DNA of 64,000 nucleotides from assembly GCA_963762145.1 (NCBI GenBank), contig CAVXJS010000021.1, forward strand, positions 480,001 to 544,000, in the 5' to 3' direction. Numbering within the stretch: the first letter of the stretch is position 1; each line of letters opens with the position of its first letter. Origin of the DNA: an uncultured Candidatus Rokubacteria bacterium (GTDB lineage: Bacteria; Methylomirabilota; Methylomirabilia; Rokubacteriales; CSP1-6). A program made the position numbers and the translations under genes. Positions 1-8,689 of the stretch are shown piece after piece. Under the pieces are notes generated by a model. It was not told the DNA's origin, made no database searches, and was given only the letters and a program-made list of their open reading frames with translations.

Positions 1-716
1 TCCTGGCCCCGCTCATCGGGATGCTGATCTATCTCCAGGGCTCCCACATGCTGCGCCGCCGCCGGCTGCGCTCGGCGTTCGGCCAGTACGTGAGCCCGGA
101 GATCATGGACCGCGTGCTGAAGACCGGCACGCGGCTGGGCGGCGAGGTGCGCCGCGTGACCGTGCTGATGTCGGACCTGCGCGGGTTCACCGCCATGGCC
201 GAGCGCCTGCCGCCCGAGGTCGTCTCCCAGATGATGAACGAGTACTTCACCGCGATGGTGGACGTCATCCTGGCCCACCGGGGCCTCGTGCAGGACTTCA
301 TCGGCGACGCGATCATGGCGGTGTACGGGGCCCCGCTCGACGATCCCGAGCACTGCTGGCACGCGGCCCACAGCGCGGTGGCGATGCACGCGGCGCTCGA
401 GGAGCTGAACCGCGGCTGGGAGGCGCAGGACCGCGGGCCGCTCGCCATGGGCATCGCGGTCCACACCGGCGAGGCCTTCGCGGGGACCCTCGGCGCACCG
501 CGCAAGAAAAAGTACGCGGTGCTCGGCGACACCGTCAACACCACGTCGCGCATCGAGGACTTGAATCGCGACCTCGGCACCGGCATCCTGATCAGCGGCG
601 CGGTGCTCGCGGTCCTGAAGGACCGGGTGGTGGTCCGGGACCGGGGCAGCGTGACCGTCAAGGGCCGGCGGCAGCCGGTCGAGATCTACGAGCTCACCAG
701 CCTGATGGAGGCCTGA
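1..716 (+). CDS. Class III nucleotide cyclase, C-terminal part (5' end lies outside the window), possibly GTP-specific
   Basis: Motifs SDLRGFT, DFIGDA, GIAVHTG, GDTVNTTSRIE and VKGR after a TM end; the frame is open to the window edge. Confidence 0.88.
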   Translation, partial: LAPLIGMLIYLQGSHMLRRRRLRSAFGQYVSPEIMDRVLKTGTRLGGEVRRVTVLMSDLRGFTAMAERLPPEVVSQMMNEYFTAMVDVILAHRGLVQDFIGDAIMAVYGAPLDDPEHCWHAAHSAVAMHAALEELNRGWEAQDRGPLAMGIAVHTGEAFAGTLGAPRKKKYAVLGDTVNTTSRIEDLNRDLGTGILISGAVLAVLKDRVVVRDRGSVTVKGRRQPVEIYELTSLMEA

Positions 717-717
717 C

Positions 718-1671
718 GTGAAGAGCGTGCTCCCGCTGCTGTCCCTCGCGCTCGGCGCGCTGCGCGCGCCGGCCGCCGCCACCCACGCCCAGACCGGCGA
801 GACCGCAGCGGTCATCACCGAGATCAAGCCCGCGCGCGGCCGCGTGGAGGTGAAGGCGGCCGCCGGCGGCGACTGGCGGCCGGCACGGCCGCTGCTCGCG
901 CTGCGCGCGGGCGACGTCGTGCGCACCACCGAGGACGCGAGCGCGGTGGTGCTGCTCTCGGGCGGGCGTGGAACCGTGCGGGTCGCGGGCGCCGCGGGGA
1001 CGCTCACGGTGGCCGGCGTGGCCGCGGCCGGCCAGGGCCAGAAGGCCAAGGCGCTGGTCGACGCGAGCCTGGGCTACCTGGCGGGCACCACCAGGGAATC
1101 GTCGCAAGCGGTGCTTGCCACGCGCAGCATGGCGCGGCCGCCCGTGATCCTGAGCCCGCGCAACGGGCCCGTGCTGCCGGAGGCGCTGGCCTTCGAATGG
1201 CTCGGCAGCCGCTTCGCCCGCTACACGGTGGCCCTGATCGGCCCGAGCGGGCCGGTCATCGAGCGCCGCGAGGTCACCGGCCCGCGACGGGAGTATCCCG
1301 CCGACGCCCCCGCGATCGCCCCGAACGTGCGCTACACACTGCAGGTCACCGCCGGCGGTCAGCCCGCGCAGGAGGCGTGGTTCGAGGTGGTGGACGCGGC
1401 GCGGGCGCGCGCGGTGGCGAACGATCTCACCACGCTCGATCAGGAGCTGGGGACGGGCGTGCCGCCGACCTCGCAGGCCGTGATGCGGGCGGGGCTCCTC
1501 GCGCGCGAGGGGCTCCTCCACGACGCGCGGCGGGTGGTGATCGTCGCCCTGGAGCGGGATCGCGACGAGCCGACGCTCCACCTGCTGCTGGGCGATCTCT
1601 ACACCCGGACCGGCCTCACCACCCTGGCCGCCGAATCCTTCGACGAGGCCCAGTTCCTGATGAAGAAATAA
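718..1671 (+). CDS. Exported protein with FecR-like N-terminal beta region and DUF928/TPR-like C-terminus
   Basis: Signal peptide; LRAGDVVRT FecR-like motif; helical C-terminus (LLAREGLLHDA...LLGDLY); starts 1 nt after the cyclase stop. Confidence 0.6.
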   Translation: MKSVLPLLSLALGALRAPAAATHAQTGETAAVITEIKPARGRVEVKAAAGGDWRPARPLLALRAGDVVRTTEDASAVVLLSGGRGTVRVAGAAGTLTVAGVAAAGQGQKAKALVDASLGYLAGTTRESSQAVLATRSMARPPVILSPRNGPVLPEALAFEWLGSRFARYTVALIGPSGPVIERREVTGPRREYPADAPAIAPNVRYTLQVTAGGQPAQEAWFEVVDAARARAVANDLTTLDQELGTGVPPTSQAVMRAGLLAREGLLHDARRVVIVALERDRDEPTLHLLLGDLYTRTGLTTLAAESFDEAQFLMKK

Positions 1672-1707
1672 ACCCTCTCCCCCGAGAGGAGAGGGCAGGG
1701 TGAGGGG
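1672..1707. repeat. BoxC-like palindromic repeat
   Basis: ACCCTCTCCCCCGAGAGGAGAGGGCAGGGTGAGGGG between convergent genes; matches other copies in the window. Confidence 0.85.
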
Positions 1708-1713
1708 CGAGCG

Positions 1714-2319
1714 TTACCGCGCGTCCGCGACCTGGCCCTTCTCGCGCAGGCGGCGCAGCAGGCTCGCGAACGACTCCGCCTTGATGATGCGATCGAACTG
1801 GCTCCGGTAGGTGCCCACCAGGCTCACGTTCTCGATGAGCACGTCGTAGGCCGACCAGTCGTCGTTCACGCGGTGCAACCGGTACTCGACGGGGATCTGC
1901 GACCCCTTGGCGGTGACGACCTGGGACCGCACCGAGGCCTCCGCGCCGTCCACGCGCTCCCCCACGTAGGAGATGGCCTCCCCCGCGTAGCGGTCGATCT
2001 TGCCGATGTACGTACGCGCGATCAGGTCGGTGAAGAGCCGCGTGAACTCCTCGCGCTCGGCGGGCGAGCGGTCCGTCCAGTGACGGCCCAGCGCCCGGCG
2101 CGACATGTCGGCGAAATCGAACAGCGTGTCGGCGGCCCGGCGGATCTCCGCGCGCCGCCGCTCGGCGGCCCCGGCGTCAGGGGTGGCGGTCTGAGAGAGA
2201 CTCTGCAGCGCTTCGTCCACTCGCGATTTCACGGTCTCGGTCGGCGTCAGGGCGGCCGCGACGGTCGCGGTCAGGCCCACGAGCAGCGCGGCGGTCATGG
2301 TCATCAGGGTGCGTCGCAT
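1714..2319 (-). CDS. mlaC: MlaC/Ttg2D phospholipid-binding periplasmic protein
   Basis: Signal peptide; FDFADMSRRALGRHW; YDVLIENVSLVGTYRSQF. Confidence 0.9.
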   Translation of the reverse strand: MRRTLMTMTAALLVGLTATVAAALTPTETVKSRVDEALQSLSQTATPDAGAAERRRAEIRRAADTLFDFADMSRRALGRHWTDRSPAEREEFTRLFTDLIARTYIGKIDRYAGEAISYVGERVDGAEASVRSQVVTAKGSQIPVEYRLHRVNDDWSAYDVLIENVSLVGTYRSQFDRIIKAESFASLLRRLREKGQVADAR

Positions 2320-2439
2320 GTTGCCTCCAGAGGGTTTGGGGGAATCACCAGCACTGTCCGATTCGACGGGCTGCGTGGGCGTGTATTCCCACCTTACCGT
2401 GCTTTCATTTCTGATGCCCGCCGGGGGACAATAGTTCCC

Positions 2440-3288
2440 ATGAATCGCGATATTGCGGCGAGCCGGCGCGGCGAGCGGCCGCTCGTGGTGGTGGATCTGG
2501 GCGGCACCTGGGTGCGCGTGGCCCTCTCGGGCGCCGCGCCGCGCGTCTACCGGGGACGGACTCCGGGCGTGGCGGGCCTGCCCGGGCTGCTCGCGCGCCT
2601 CTGGCGCCGCTGGCGCCTGTCGCGCCGCGACCTGGCCGCCCTCGGCGTCGCCTCGCGCGGCATCTGGACCCGCGGCGAGCGCCAGGCCCTGGCGAGGCGC
2701 CTGCGCCGCTTCGCTCCGCGCGTGGTCGTGATCTCGGACGTGGAGGCCGCCTACCTCGCCGCGCTCGGCGCGGTCCCGGGCGTGCTGCTCCTCGCGGGCA
2801 CGGGCTCGATCGCGCTCGGACGCGATCGACGGGGACGGCTCGCGCGCGCGGGCGGTCTCGGGCCGCTGCTGGGCGACGATGGCTCCGCGTTCTCGATCGG
2901 CCGCGCCTGGCTGCGCGACGCGGAGTCTCCCGCGCGCGCACGGCGAATCGCGACGGCCCCCGACGCGATCGCGCGCGTGGCGGCCCTCGCGCCCGGCGTC
3001 CTGCGCCGCGCGCGCCGCGGAGACCGGACCGCCCGCCGCGTCGTGCGGGACGCGCAGCGGTCGCTCGCGGCCCTCGCGGCGGGCACCGCGCGCGCGCTGC
3101 GGCTGCGCCCGCCGATCACGCTGAGCTGGGCCGGCGGGCTGCTGGGCAACGCGGCGTTCCGGGCCGGCGTCTGGCGTGACCTGCGCGCCCAGGGTCTCCG
3201 GGTGCGGCCGCGTCGCCCGATGGCGCCGGCCGCGAGCCCGGCCGCCTGGCGCGCGGTCTTTCCAGGGATTACCTCGCCGCGCGCGTGA
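2440..3288 (+). CDS. BadF/BadG/BcrA/BcrD-family (N-acetylglucosamine-type) sugar kinase
   Basis: VDLGGT, ISDVEAA, LLAGTGS, GGLGPLLGDDGSAFSIG; ATG at 2440. Confidence 0.8.
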   Translation: MNRDIAASRRGERPLVVVDLGGTWVRVALSGAAPRVYRGRTPGVAGLPGLLARLWRRWRLSRRDLAALGVASRGIWTRGERQALARRLRRFAPRVVVISDVEAAYLAALGAVPGVLLLAGTGSIALGRDRRGRLARAGGLGPLLGDDGSAFSIGRAWLRDAESPARARRIATAPDAIARVAALAPGVLRRARRGDRTARRVVRDAQRSLAALAAGTARALRLRPPITLSWAGGLLGNAAFRAGVWRDLRAQGLRVRPRRPMAPAASPAAWRAVFPGITSPRA

Positions 3289-4573
3289 CGGGCGCCCGCC
3301 AGAGCAGGTAGGCGAGCGGGCCGGTCAGCGCCGCGGCGACCCCGATCGCGGTGTTCGTCCACCCCGCGGTCGCCATCGCGAGCAGGCAGCAGCAGGACGG
3401 CAGCAGCGCCACCAGCCACATCCCGGCCCGGCCGCCGCCCACCCGCCACGGCCGCGGCAGCTCCGGCTCGCGGAGGCGCAGGGCCACGAACGCGGCCAGC
3501 TCCAGGAGCAGCGTGATCGAGTACAGCCAGATGTTCAGGACGATCAGCTCCTTGAAGCTCCAGAACGCGCAGACGCTGTACGCGACACTGGACAGGACCA
3601 CCGCGCCCCACGGCGTGGCGAAGCGCGGGTGGAGCCGCCCCAGCGCGGCCGGCATCTGGCCGGCCAGGGCCAGCACGTAGGGCAAGCGCGAGTTGGTGAG
3701 GAGCAGCGACAGGAAGAGCCCCACGGTGGCGAGCACCGCGCCGACCGCGACCAGGTTGGCGAGCCACGGCCCGCCGAGCGCCGCGGCGACCACCGGCCAG
3801 TGCCCGGTGTCCCAGTCCTCCCAGCCATCCACCGCCGAGAGGCTGGCCGCCACCGGCAGCACGTAGGCGAGCGTGATCAGGGGCAGCGCGACCCACACCG
3901 CGCGGCGAAAGCTCGGGCCCGGATCGCGCGTCTCGCCGAGCGTGGTGGTGGGCGCGTCCCAGCCCGAGTAGTTCCACATCATGATCGCGAGCCCCAGGCC
4001 GAGCCCGGTGAGCAGGCTCCCCTCCTCCGCCGCGAACGGGCGCCACGGGACCTCGCGGAGCTGCGTGCCCGCGAGCGCGGTGAGCACGACGACCGGCAGG
4101 AGCGACAGGCCCGCCATCGCCACCGCGACCCGGCCGGTGATGCGCACGCCCGCGAGGTTGATCGCGGTGAGGGTCCAGATGAAGGCGAGCACGAGGGCCC
4201 AGCGCTCGAGCGGGGACATGTGAGGGCGCCAGAAGCCGACGTAGTCCGCGAAGAGCGCGGGATAGACCGCCACGTCCACGAAGCTGTTGATCCAGCTCCA
4301 CCAGCCGGCCTGGAAGCTCCAGAAGCGGCCGAAGGCGCGCCGCACCCAGACCACGTAGCCGCCTTCTTCCGGGAGCGCGGCGGCGAGCTCCGCCATCGCG
4401 AGGCCAACGGGCAGGCTCCAGACCAGCGGAGTCACGAGCAGGAGGACCAGCGCGAGACCGGGGCCGAGGGTGCCGATCGCGTCCTCGAGCCCGTACGGAC
4501 CCCCGCTGACGTTGAAGAAGACGATGGCGACGAGGGAGAGGAGCCCGATCTCCCCTCGTCGGCGGGACCTCAC
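3269..4573 (-). CDS. APC-family amino acid/polyamine permease
   Basis: VSGGPYGLED, AELAAALPEEGGY, WNYSGWD; about 12 TM segments; GTG overlaps the upstream stop. Confidence 0.9.
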   Translation of the reverse strand: MRSRRRGEIGLLSLVAIVFFNVSGGPYGLEDAIGTLGPGLALVLLLVTPLVWSLPVGLAMAELAAALPEEGGYVVWVRRAFGRFWSFQAGWWSWINSFVDVAVYPALFADYVGFWRPHMSPLERWALVLAFIWTLTAINLAGVRITGRVAVAMAGLSLLPVVVLTALAGTQLREVPWRPFAAEEGSLLTGLGLGLAIMMWNYSGWDAPTTTLGETRDPGPSFRRAVWVALPLITLAYVLPVAASLSAVDGWEDWDTGHWPVVAAALGGPWLANLVAVGAVLATVGLFLSLLLTNSRLPYVLALAGQMPAALGRLHPRFATPWGAVVLSSVAYSVCAFWSFKELIVLNIWLYSITLLLELAAFVALRLREPELPRPWRVGGGRAGMWLVALLPSCCCLLAMATAGWTNTAIGVAAALTGPLAYLLWRAPVTRAAR

Positions 4574-4788
4574 GCCATGGCGGCTCGGATCAGCGCGGGC
4601 AGTCCCTCGAGCCACTCGTCCAGTGGCGTCTCCGCGTCCACCGTGATCTCGAACTTGCCGCTCGGCAGCTTGCGCACGCGGCCCTTGCCGGTGCCGAGCG
4701 GGATCACGAGCGCTTCACGGTGCACCCCGAGGGCGTCGGTGACCGCGAAGATCTTGTTGATCTCGGCCATGCCCACCGCCTCGAGCAT
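4570..4788 (-). CDS. Small hypothetical protein (72 aa)
   Basis: GC3-biased ORF translationally coupled to both neighbours. Confidence 0.7.
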   Translation of the reverse strand: MLEAVGMAEINKIFAVTDALGVHREALVIPLGTGKGRVRKLPSGKFEITVDAETPLDEWLEGLPALIRAAMA

Positions 4789-5174
4789 CAGGGAGCGCTC
4801 GGGGAACGCTCACCGCCCGGCACCAGCACCGGGGCCCGTCCATCGGGGGTGGTGACGACGAGCGGGGGGACCTCGACGCGCTGGCCGTTGACGTAACGCT
4901 CGTAGTGGCCGGGCACGAGCACCTCGCGCCCCAGGCTCGGCGAGTACACGCTGGCGGGCGGCACGTAGCGCTCGGTGGGCCGCGCGGGCATGGGCAGCGT
5001 GCTGAAGGGCTGGGTGGCGAGCCCGCGGGCCCGATCGATGGCGTCGGGCCGGCGGCCTCCGGGCAGGCCCTGCGCGGCGGCGGGCGCCGCGGCCAGCAGC
5101 AAGATTCCGATCACGATCGCGCGCATCGGGCTCATCACGTCGCCCAGCGTAGCGCCGGCAATGCGGATGCGCAA
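4788..5174 (-). CDS. Hypothetical exported Pro-rich protein (start uncertain)
   Basis: Signal peptide MRAIVIGILLLAAAPAAAQ; VPGHYER motif. Confidence 0.6.
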   Translation of the reverse strand: MRIRIAGATLGDVMSPMRAIVIGILLLAAAPAAAQGLPGGRRPDAIDRARGLATQPFSTLPMPARPTERYVPPASVYSPSLGREVLVPGHYERYVNGQRVEVPPLVVTTPDGRAPVLVPGGERSPSAP

Positions 5175-5203
5175 GGCGAGGCGTCCGTGCTAGGCTCGAG
5201 AGC

Positions 5204-6046
5204 GTGCGGATGCGAAGCGCGGCGCGCCTGTTTCCCCTCCTCGCGGTGGCGCTCGTCGCCCTCGGGGCGGAGGCCACGCGCGCCCAGAGCCCGGAGCTGC
5301 CGATCTTCGACACGCACATCCACTACAGCGCGGCCGACTGGGTCGAGTATCCGCCCGAGCGCATCCTCGGCATCCTCGAGAAGGCGGGCATCCGGCGGGC
5401 GCTCGTCTCGAGCACGCCCGACGACGGGACCCTCACGCTCCACGCGCGAGATCCCAAGCGCATCGTCCCGATCCTGCGGCCGTACCGCACCCGGGACGAC
5501 ATGGGCCACTGGTGGCAGGACGCCGCGGTGCTCGCCTACGTGCAGGAGCGCATCCAGAAGAACCGCGGCGTGCACAAGGGCATCGGCGAGTTCCACCTCT
5601 TCGGCGGGCAGACCGGGACCTTCGTGGTCAAGCGCATCACCGAGCTCGCGGTGCAGGAGAACATCTATCTCCACGCCCACTCGGACGAGCTCGCGATCAT
5701 CGAGCTGTTCACGATCGAGCCGCGTCTCCGGGTGATCTGGGCCCACGCGGGCATGTCCTCGGGTCCGCAGGCGGTGGGCGCCCTGCTCGACCGCTACCCG
5801 AACCTGTGGGTGGACCTGGCCATCCGCAACAGCGACGTGGCCCCGGGCGGCACGCTCGACCCGGGCTGGCGCGCGGTGTTCCTCCGCCACCCGGATCGCT
5901 TCCTCGCGGGAACCGATACCTGGATGACCTCGCGGTGGGAGGCGCTGCCCGGGTCGGTCACCGAGGTGCGCGGCTACCTGAGCCAGCTGCCGCGCGACGT
6001 AGCCGAGAAGATCGCCTACAAGAACGCCGAGCGGCTGTTTCCGTAG
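5204..6046 (+). CDS. Exported amidohydrolase-superfamily protein
   Basis: DTHIHY, GIGEFH, HAH, WAHAG, GTDTW, NAERLF. Confidence 0.85.
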   Translation: MRMRSAARLFPLLAVALVALGAEATRAQSPELPIFDTHIHYSAADWVEYPPERILGILEKAGIRRALVSSTPDDGTLTLHARDPKRIVPILRPYRTRDDMGHWWQDAAVLAYVQERIQKNRGVHKGIGEFHLFGGQTGTFVVKRITELAVQENIYLHAHSDELAIIELFTIEPRLRVIWAHAGMSSGPQAVGALLDRYPNLWVDLAIRNSDVAPGGTLDPGWRAVFLRHPDRFLAGTDTWMTSRWEALPGSVTEVRGYLSQLPRDVAEKIAYKNAERLFP

Positions 6047-6066
6047 CCCGGCGTTGTTCGATTCGA

Positions 6067-6149
6067 GCGCCGGCTTCGCCGGCGCAATCCGTTTCTGGGG
6101 GAGGCTCGGAGGGGGCCCCCGCTTGGACTTCAGAAGGGGCCCCCTTCGA
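6067..6149. terminator. Double hairpin between convergent genes (terminator or repeat element)
   Basis: GCGCCGGC-TTC-GCCGGCGC (6067-6085) and TCGGAGGGGGCCCC...GGGGCCCCCTTCGA (6106-6149). Confidence 0.5.
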
Positions 6150-6151
6150 CG

Positions 6152-7177
6152 TTACACGCCCAGCTCGGCCGCCGTCGTCTCGATCTGGCTCCAGGTCTGA
6201 TCCTCGATCGGGATCCCCTGCCGGCGGCGCTCCGCCTCGAGCCGCGCTTCCGGCTCGCCGGGGATCAGGATCTCGGTGGCGCCCTGCGCGAGCGGCGCCG
6301 ACTTCACCCACCCGAAGAGCGAGGCCACCTGGCGGTGGAACTCGGGCAGCGGCAGGAACCGCTCCACGTCGAGGCAGATCATGAGCGTGCCGTTGGCGAA
6401 GACGCCCGGCGGCGGCCCCGCGGGGCCGGTGCCGGAGAGGATGCCGCCCAGGATCTCGACCGCGAGCGAGAGCCCGTAACCCTTGTGCTCGCCCGAGGTG
6501 AGCAGCGCGCCGGGCGGGGTGCCGTAGAAGATCTCGGGATCCGTCTGCGGCCGGCCGTCGGCGTCCACGAACCAGCCGGGAGGGGCCGGCTGCTTGCGGT
6601 TGCGCTTCACCCGCAGCTTGCCCTCGGCCACCACGCTGGTGGCGAAGTCGAGCACCATCGCGGGGCCGCCCGCGCCCGGGATGCCGACCGCGTGCGGGTT
6701 CGTGCCGAGGCGCCGCGCGGCGCCGCCCCACGGCGCCACGTTGAGCCCGTGCACGCAGTTGGCCCAGAGCATGCCCACCAGGCCGGCGCCGGCGGCCATC
6801 TCCGCGTAGTCCGCGAGCCGTCCGACGTGGCTGGTGCGCGAGGTCGATGCCGCGCTCAGGCCGCCCGCCTTCGCCTTCGCGATCGCCATCTCCATCGCGC
6901 GGCGGCCGACCACCTGGCCGAAGCCCCCGCCGCCGTCGAGCCGCACGAGGGCGGGCGTCTCCGCGGTGACCGTCACCGGGGATCGCGGATCGACCTCCTT
7001 CTTCTTCACCGACTCCCAGTACTGCGGGATGCGTATGACGCCGTGCGAGTCGTGGCCGCGCAGGTTCGCGCGCACGAGCAGCGCGGCGATCCACGCCGCG
7101 TCGCCGGCCGGCGCGCCCATCGCGGTGAAGATGCGGGTGGCCTTCGCTTCGAGCTGGGCGGGTTCGATGGTCGGCAT
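6152..7177 (-). CDS. Ldh_2-family (malate/L-lactate/hydroxycarboxylate) dehydrogenase
   Basis: GHDSHG, SHVGRL, LGTNP, LDFATS, HKGYGL, ILIPGEPE. Confidence 0.92.
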   Translation of the reverse strand: MPTIEPAQLEAKATRIFTAMGAPAGDAAWIAALLVRANLRGHDSHGVIRIPQYWESVKKKEVDPRSPVTVTAETPALVRLDGGGGFGQVVGRRAMEMAIAKAKAGGLSAASTSRTSHVGRLADYAEMAAGAGLVGMLWANCVHGLNVAPWGGAARRLGTNPHAVGIPGAGGPAMVLDFATSVVAEGKLRVKRNRKQPAPPGWFVDADGRPQTDPEIFYGTPPGALLTSGEHKGYGLSLAVEILGGILSGTGPAGPPPGVFANGTLMICLDVERFLPLPEFHRQVASLFGWVKSAPLAQGATEILIPGEPEARLEAERRRQGIPIEDQTWSQIETTAAELGV

Positions 7178-7198
7178 GTCGGCTACAATACTCCAGCG

Positions 7199-7540
7199 AT
7201 GGAACCGACGAAAGCCGAGCGCGAGTTCTTCGATCCGGCGCCCCTGCCGTGGCGGCCCGCTCCCGGATTTGCCGCCGGCGTCTGGGAGCAGATCATCAGC
7301 GGCGGAGTCGACGAGGGCGTGACCACGCGCCTGCTCCGCTTCGACCCCGGTTCCGGCAACGACCGGGTCGTGACCCACGACTTCTGGGAGGAGATCTACA
7401 TCATCTCGGGCACGCTCGAGTGCGGCGGCCGCCCCTATCCGGCGGGCTCGGTCGCGGTGCGGCCGCCCGGCATGCCGCACGGGCCGTTTCACTCCGCCGC
7501 GGGGTGCGTGAGCTTCGAGGTCCGCTACCGGGCGCGCTGA
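7199..7540 (+). CDS. Cupin (ChrR-like) protein
   Basis: THDFWEEIYIISG...RPPGMPHGPF. Confidence 0.85.
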   Translation: MEPTKAEREFFDPAPLPWRPAPGFAAGVWEQIISGGVDEGVTTRLLRFDPGSGNDRVVTHDFWEEIYIISGTLECGGRPYPAGSVAVRPPGMPHGPFHSAAGCVSFEVRYRAR

Positions 7541-8517
7541 TGGCGGCCCCCCCGGCCTGGCGCTCGGCCGATCTGCCCATCCGGGTCGGCATCTCCTCCT
7601 GCCTGCTGGGCGAGGAGGTGCGCTACGACGGCGGCCACCAGAAGGACGCCTACATCACCGGCGTGCTCGCGCGCCACTTCACGTGGGTGCCGGTGTGCCC
7701 GGAGCTGGAGGTCGGCATGGGCGTGCCGCGCGAGCCGATCCGGCTGGTTGGCGACGCGGCCTCTCCGCGCCTGCTGGGCGTCGCGAGCGGGACCGACCAC
7801 ACCGACCGCATGGACGCGTTCGCGCGCCGGCGCGTGGAGGAGCTGCGGCGGCGCGAGCTCAGCGGCTACATCCTGAAGCGCGGCTCGCCCTCCTGCGGCC
7901 TCGAGCGGGTGAAGCTCTACACAGGGGACGGGCCGCCCGTGCGCACCGGCACCGGGCTCTTCGCGCGCGGGCTCACCGACGCGTTGCCGCTCCTGCCGGT
8001 GGAGGAGGAAGGCCGGCTCAACGACGCGCACCTGCGCGACAACTTCATCACCCGGGTCTTCGCCTACCGGCGCCTCGCCGCGCTGCGGGCCGCCGAGCCG
8101 CGCCCGGCCGCGGTGGTGGAGTTCCACACCGCGCACAAGTACCTGCTCCTCGCGCACAGCCCCGCGGCCTACGCGCGGCTGGGCCACCTAGTCGCGGAGG
8201 TTCCCCGCCTCGCGCGCGCGGGCTGGCTCGACGGGTACGCCGCGGGCTTCATGGCCGCCCTCGCCACGCGGGCGACGATCAAGAAGCACGTCAACGTCCT
8301 GCAGCACATCGTGGGCTTCTTCAAGACGCGGCTCGCGGCCGCCGAGAAGCGCGAGCTGCTCGGGATCATCGGCGACTACGCGGCCGGGCTCGTCCCGCTG
8401 GTGGTGCCCATCACGCTGATCAACCACCACGTCGCGCGCTTCGACGTGGCCTACGTCCGCGACCAGATCTACCTGCGGCCGCACCCGAAGGAGCTCATGC
8501 TCCGCAACCACGTATGA
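7540..8517 (+). CDS. DUF523 (TudS-like [4Fe-4S] thiouracil desulfidase) plus DUF1722 fusion
   Basis: GISSCLLGEEVRYDGG, PVCPE, SPSCG; FHTAHKYLLLAHS; ends PHPKELMLRNHV. Confidence 0.9.
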   Translation: MAAPPAWRSADLPIRVGISSCLLGEEVRYDGGHQKDAYITGVLARHFTWVPVCPELEVGMGVPREPIRLVGDAASPRLLGVASGTDHTDRMDAFARRRVEELRRRELSGYILKRGSPSCGLERVKLYTGDGPPVRTGTGLFARGLTDALPLLPVEEEGRLNDAHLRDNFITRVFAYRRLAALRAAEPRPAAVVEFHTAHKYLLLAHSPAAYARLGHLVAEVPRLARAGWLDGYAAGFMAALATRATIKKHVNVLQHIVGFFKTRLAAAEKRELLGIIGDYAAGLVPLVVPITLINHHVARFDVAYVRDQIYLRPHPKELMLRNHV

Positions 8518-8689
8518 CGGGCTGTGGGTCTGACGGGTTGTGGCAGCGCGCCTCCCGCCGTATTCTGGACGGGCGCGACCATGACGCGATCCCGGCGGAG
8601 CTTCCGTCATTCCTAGCAGCCTCCACGCGCGGGCGAGCGCCGAGCGTCGAGCGGGGTCCGGCGAAGGCATCCCCTGGATCCACGTCGGC

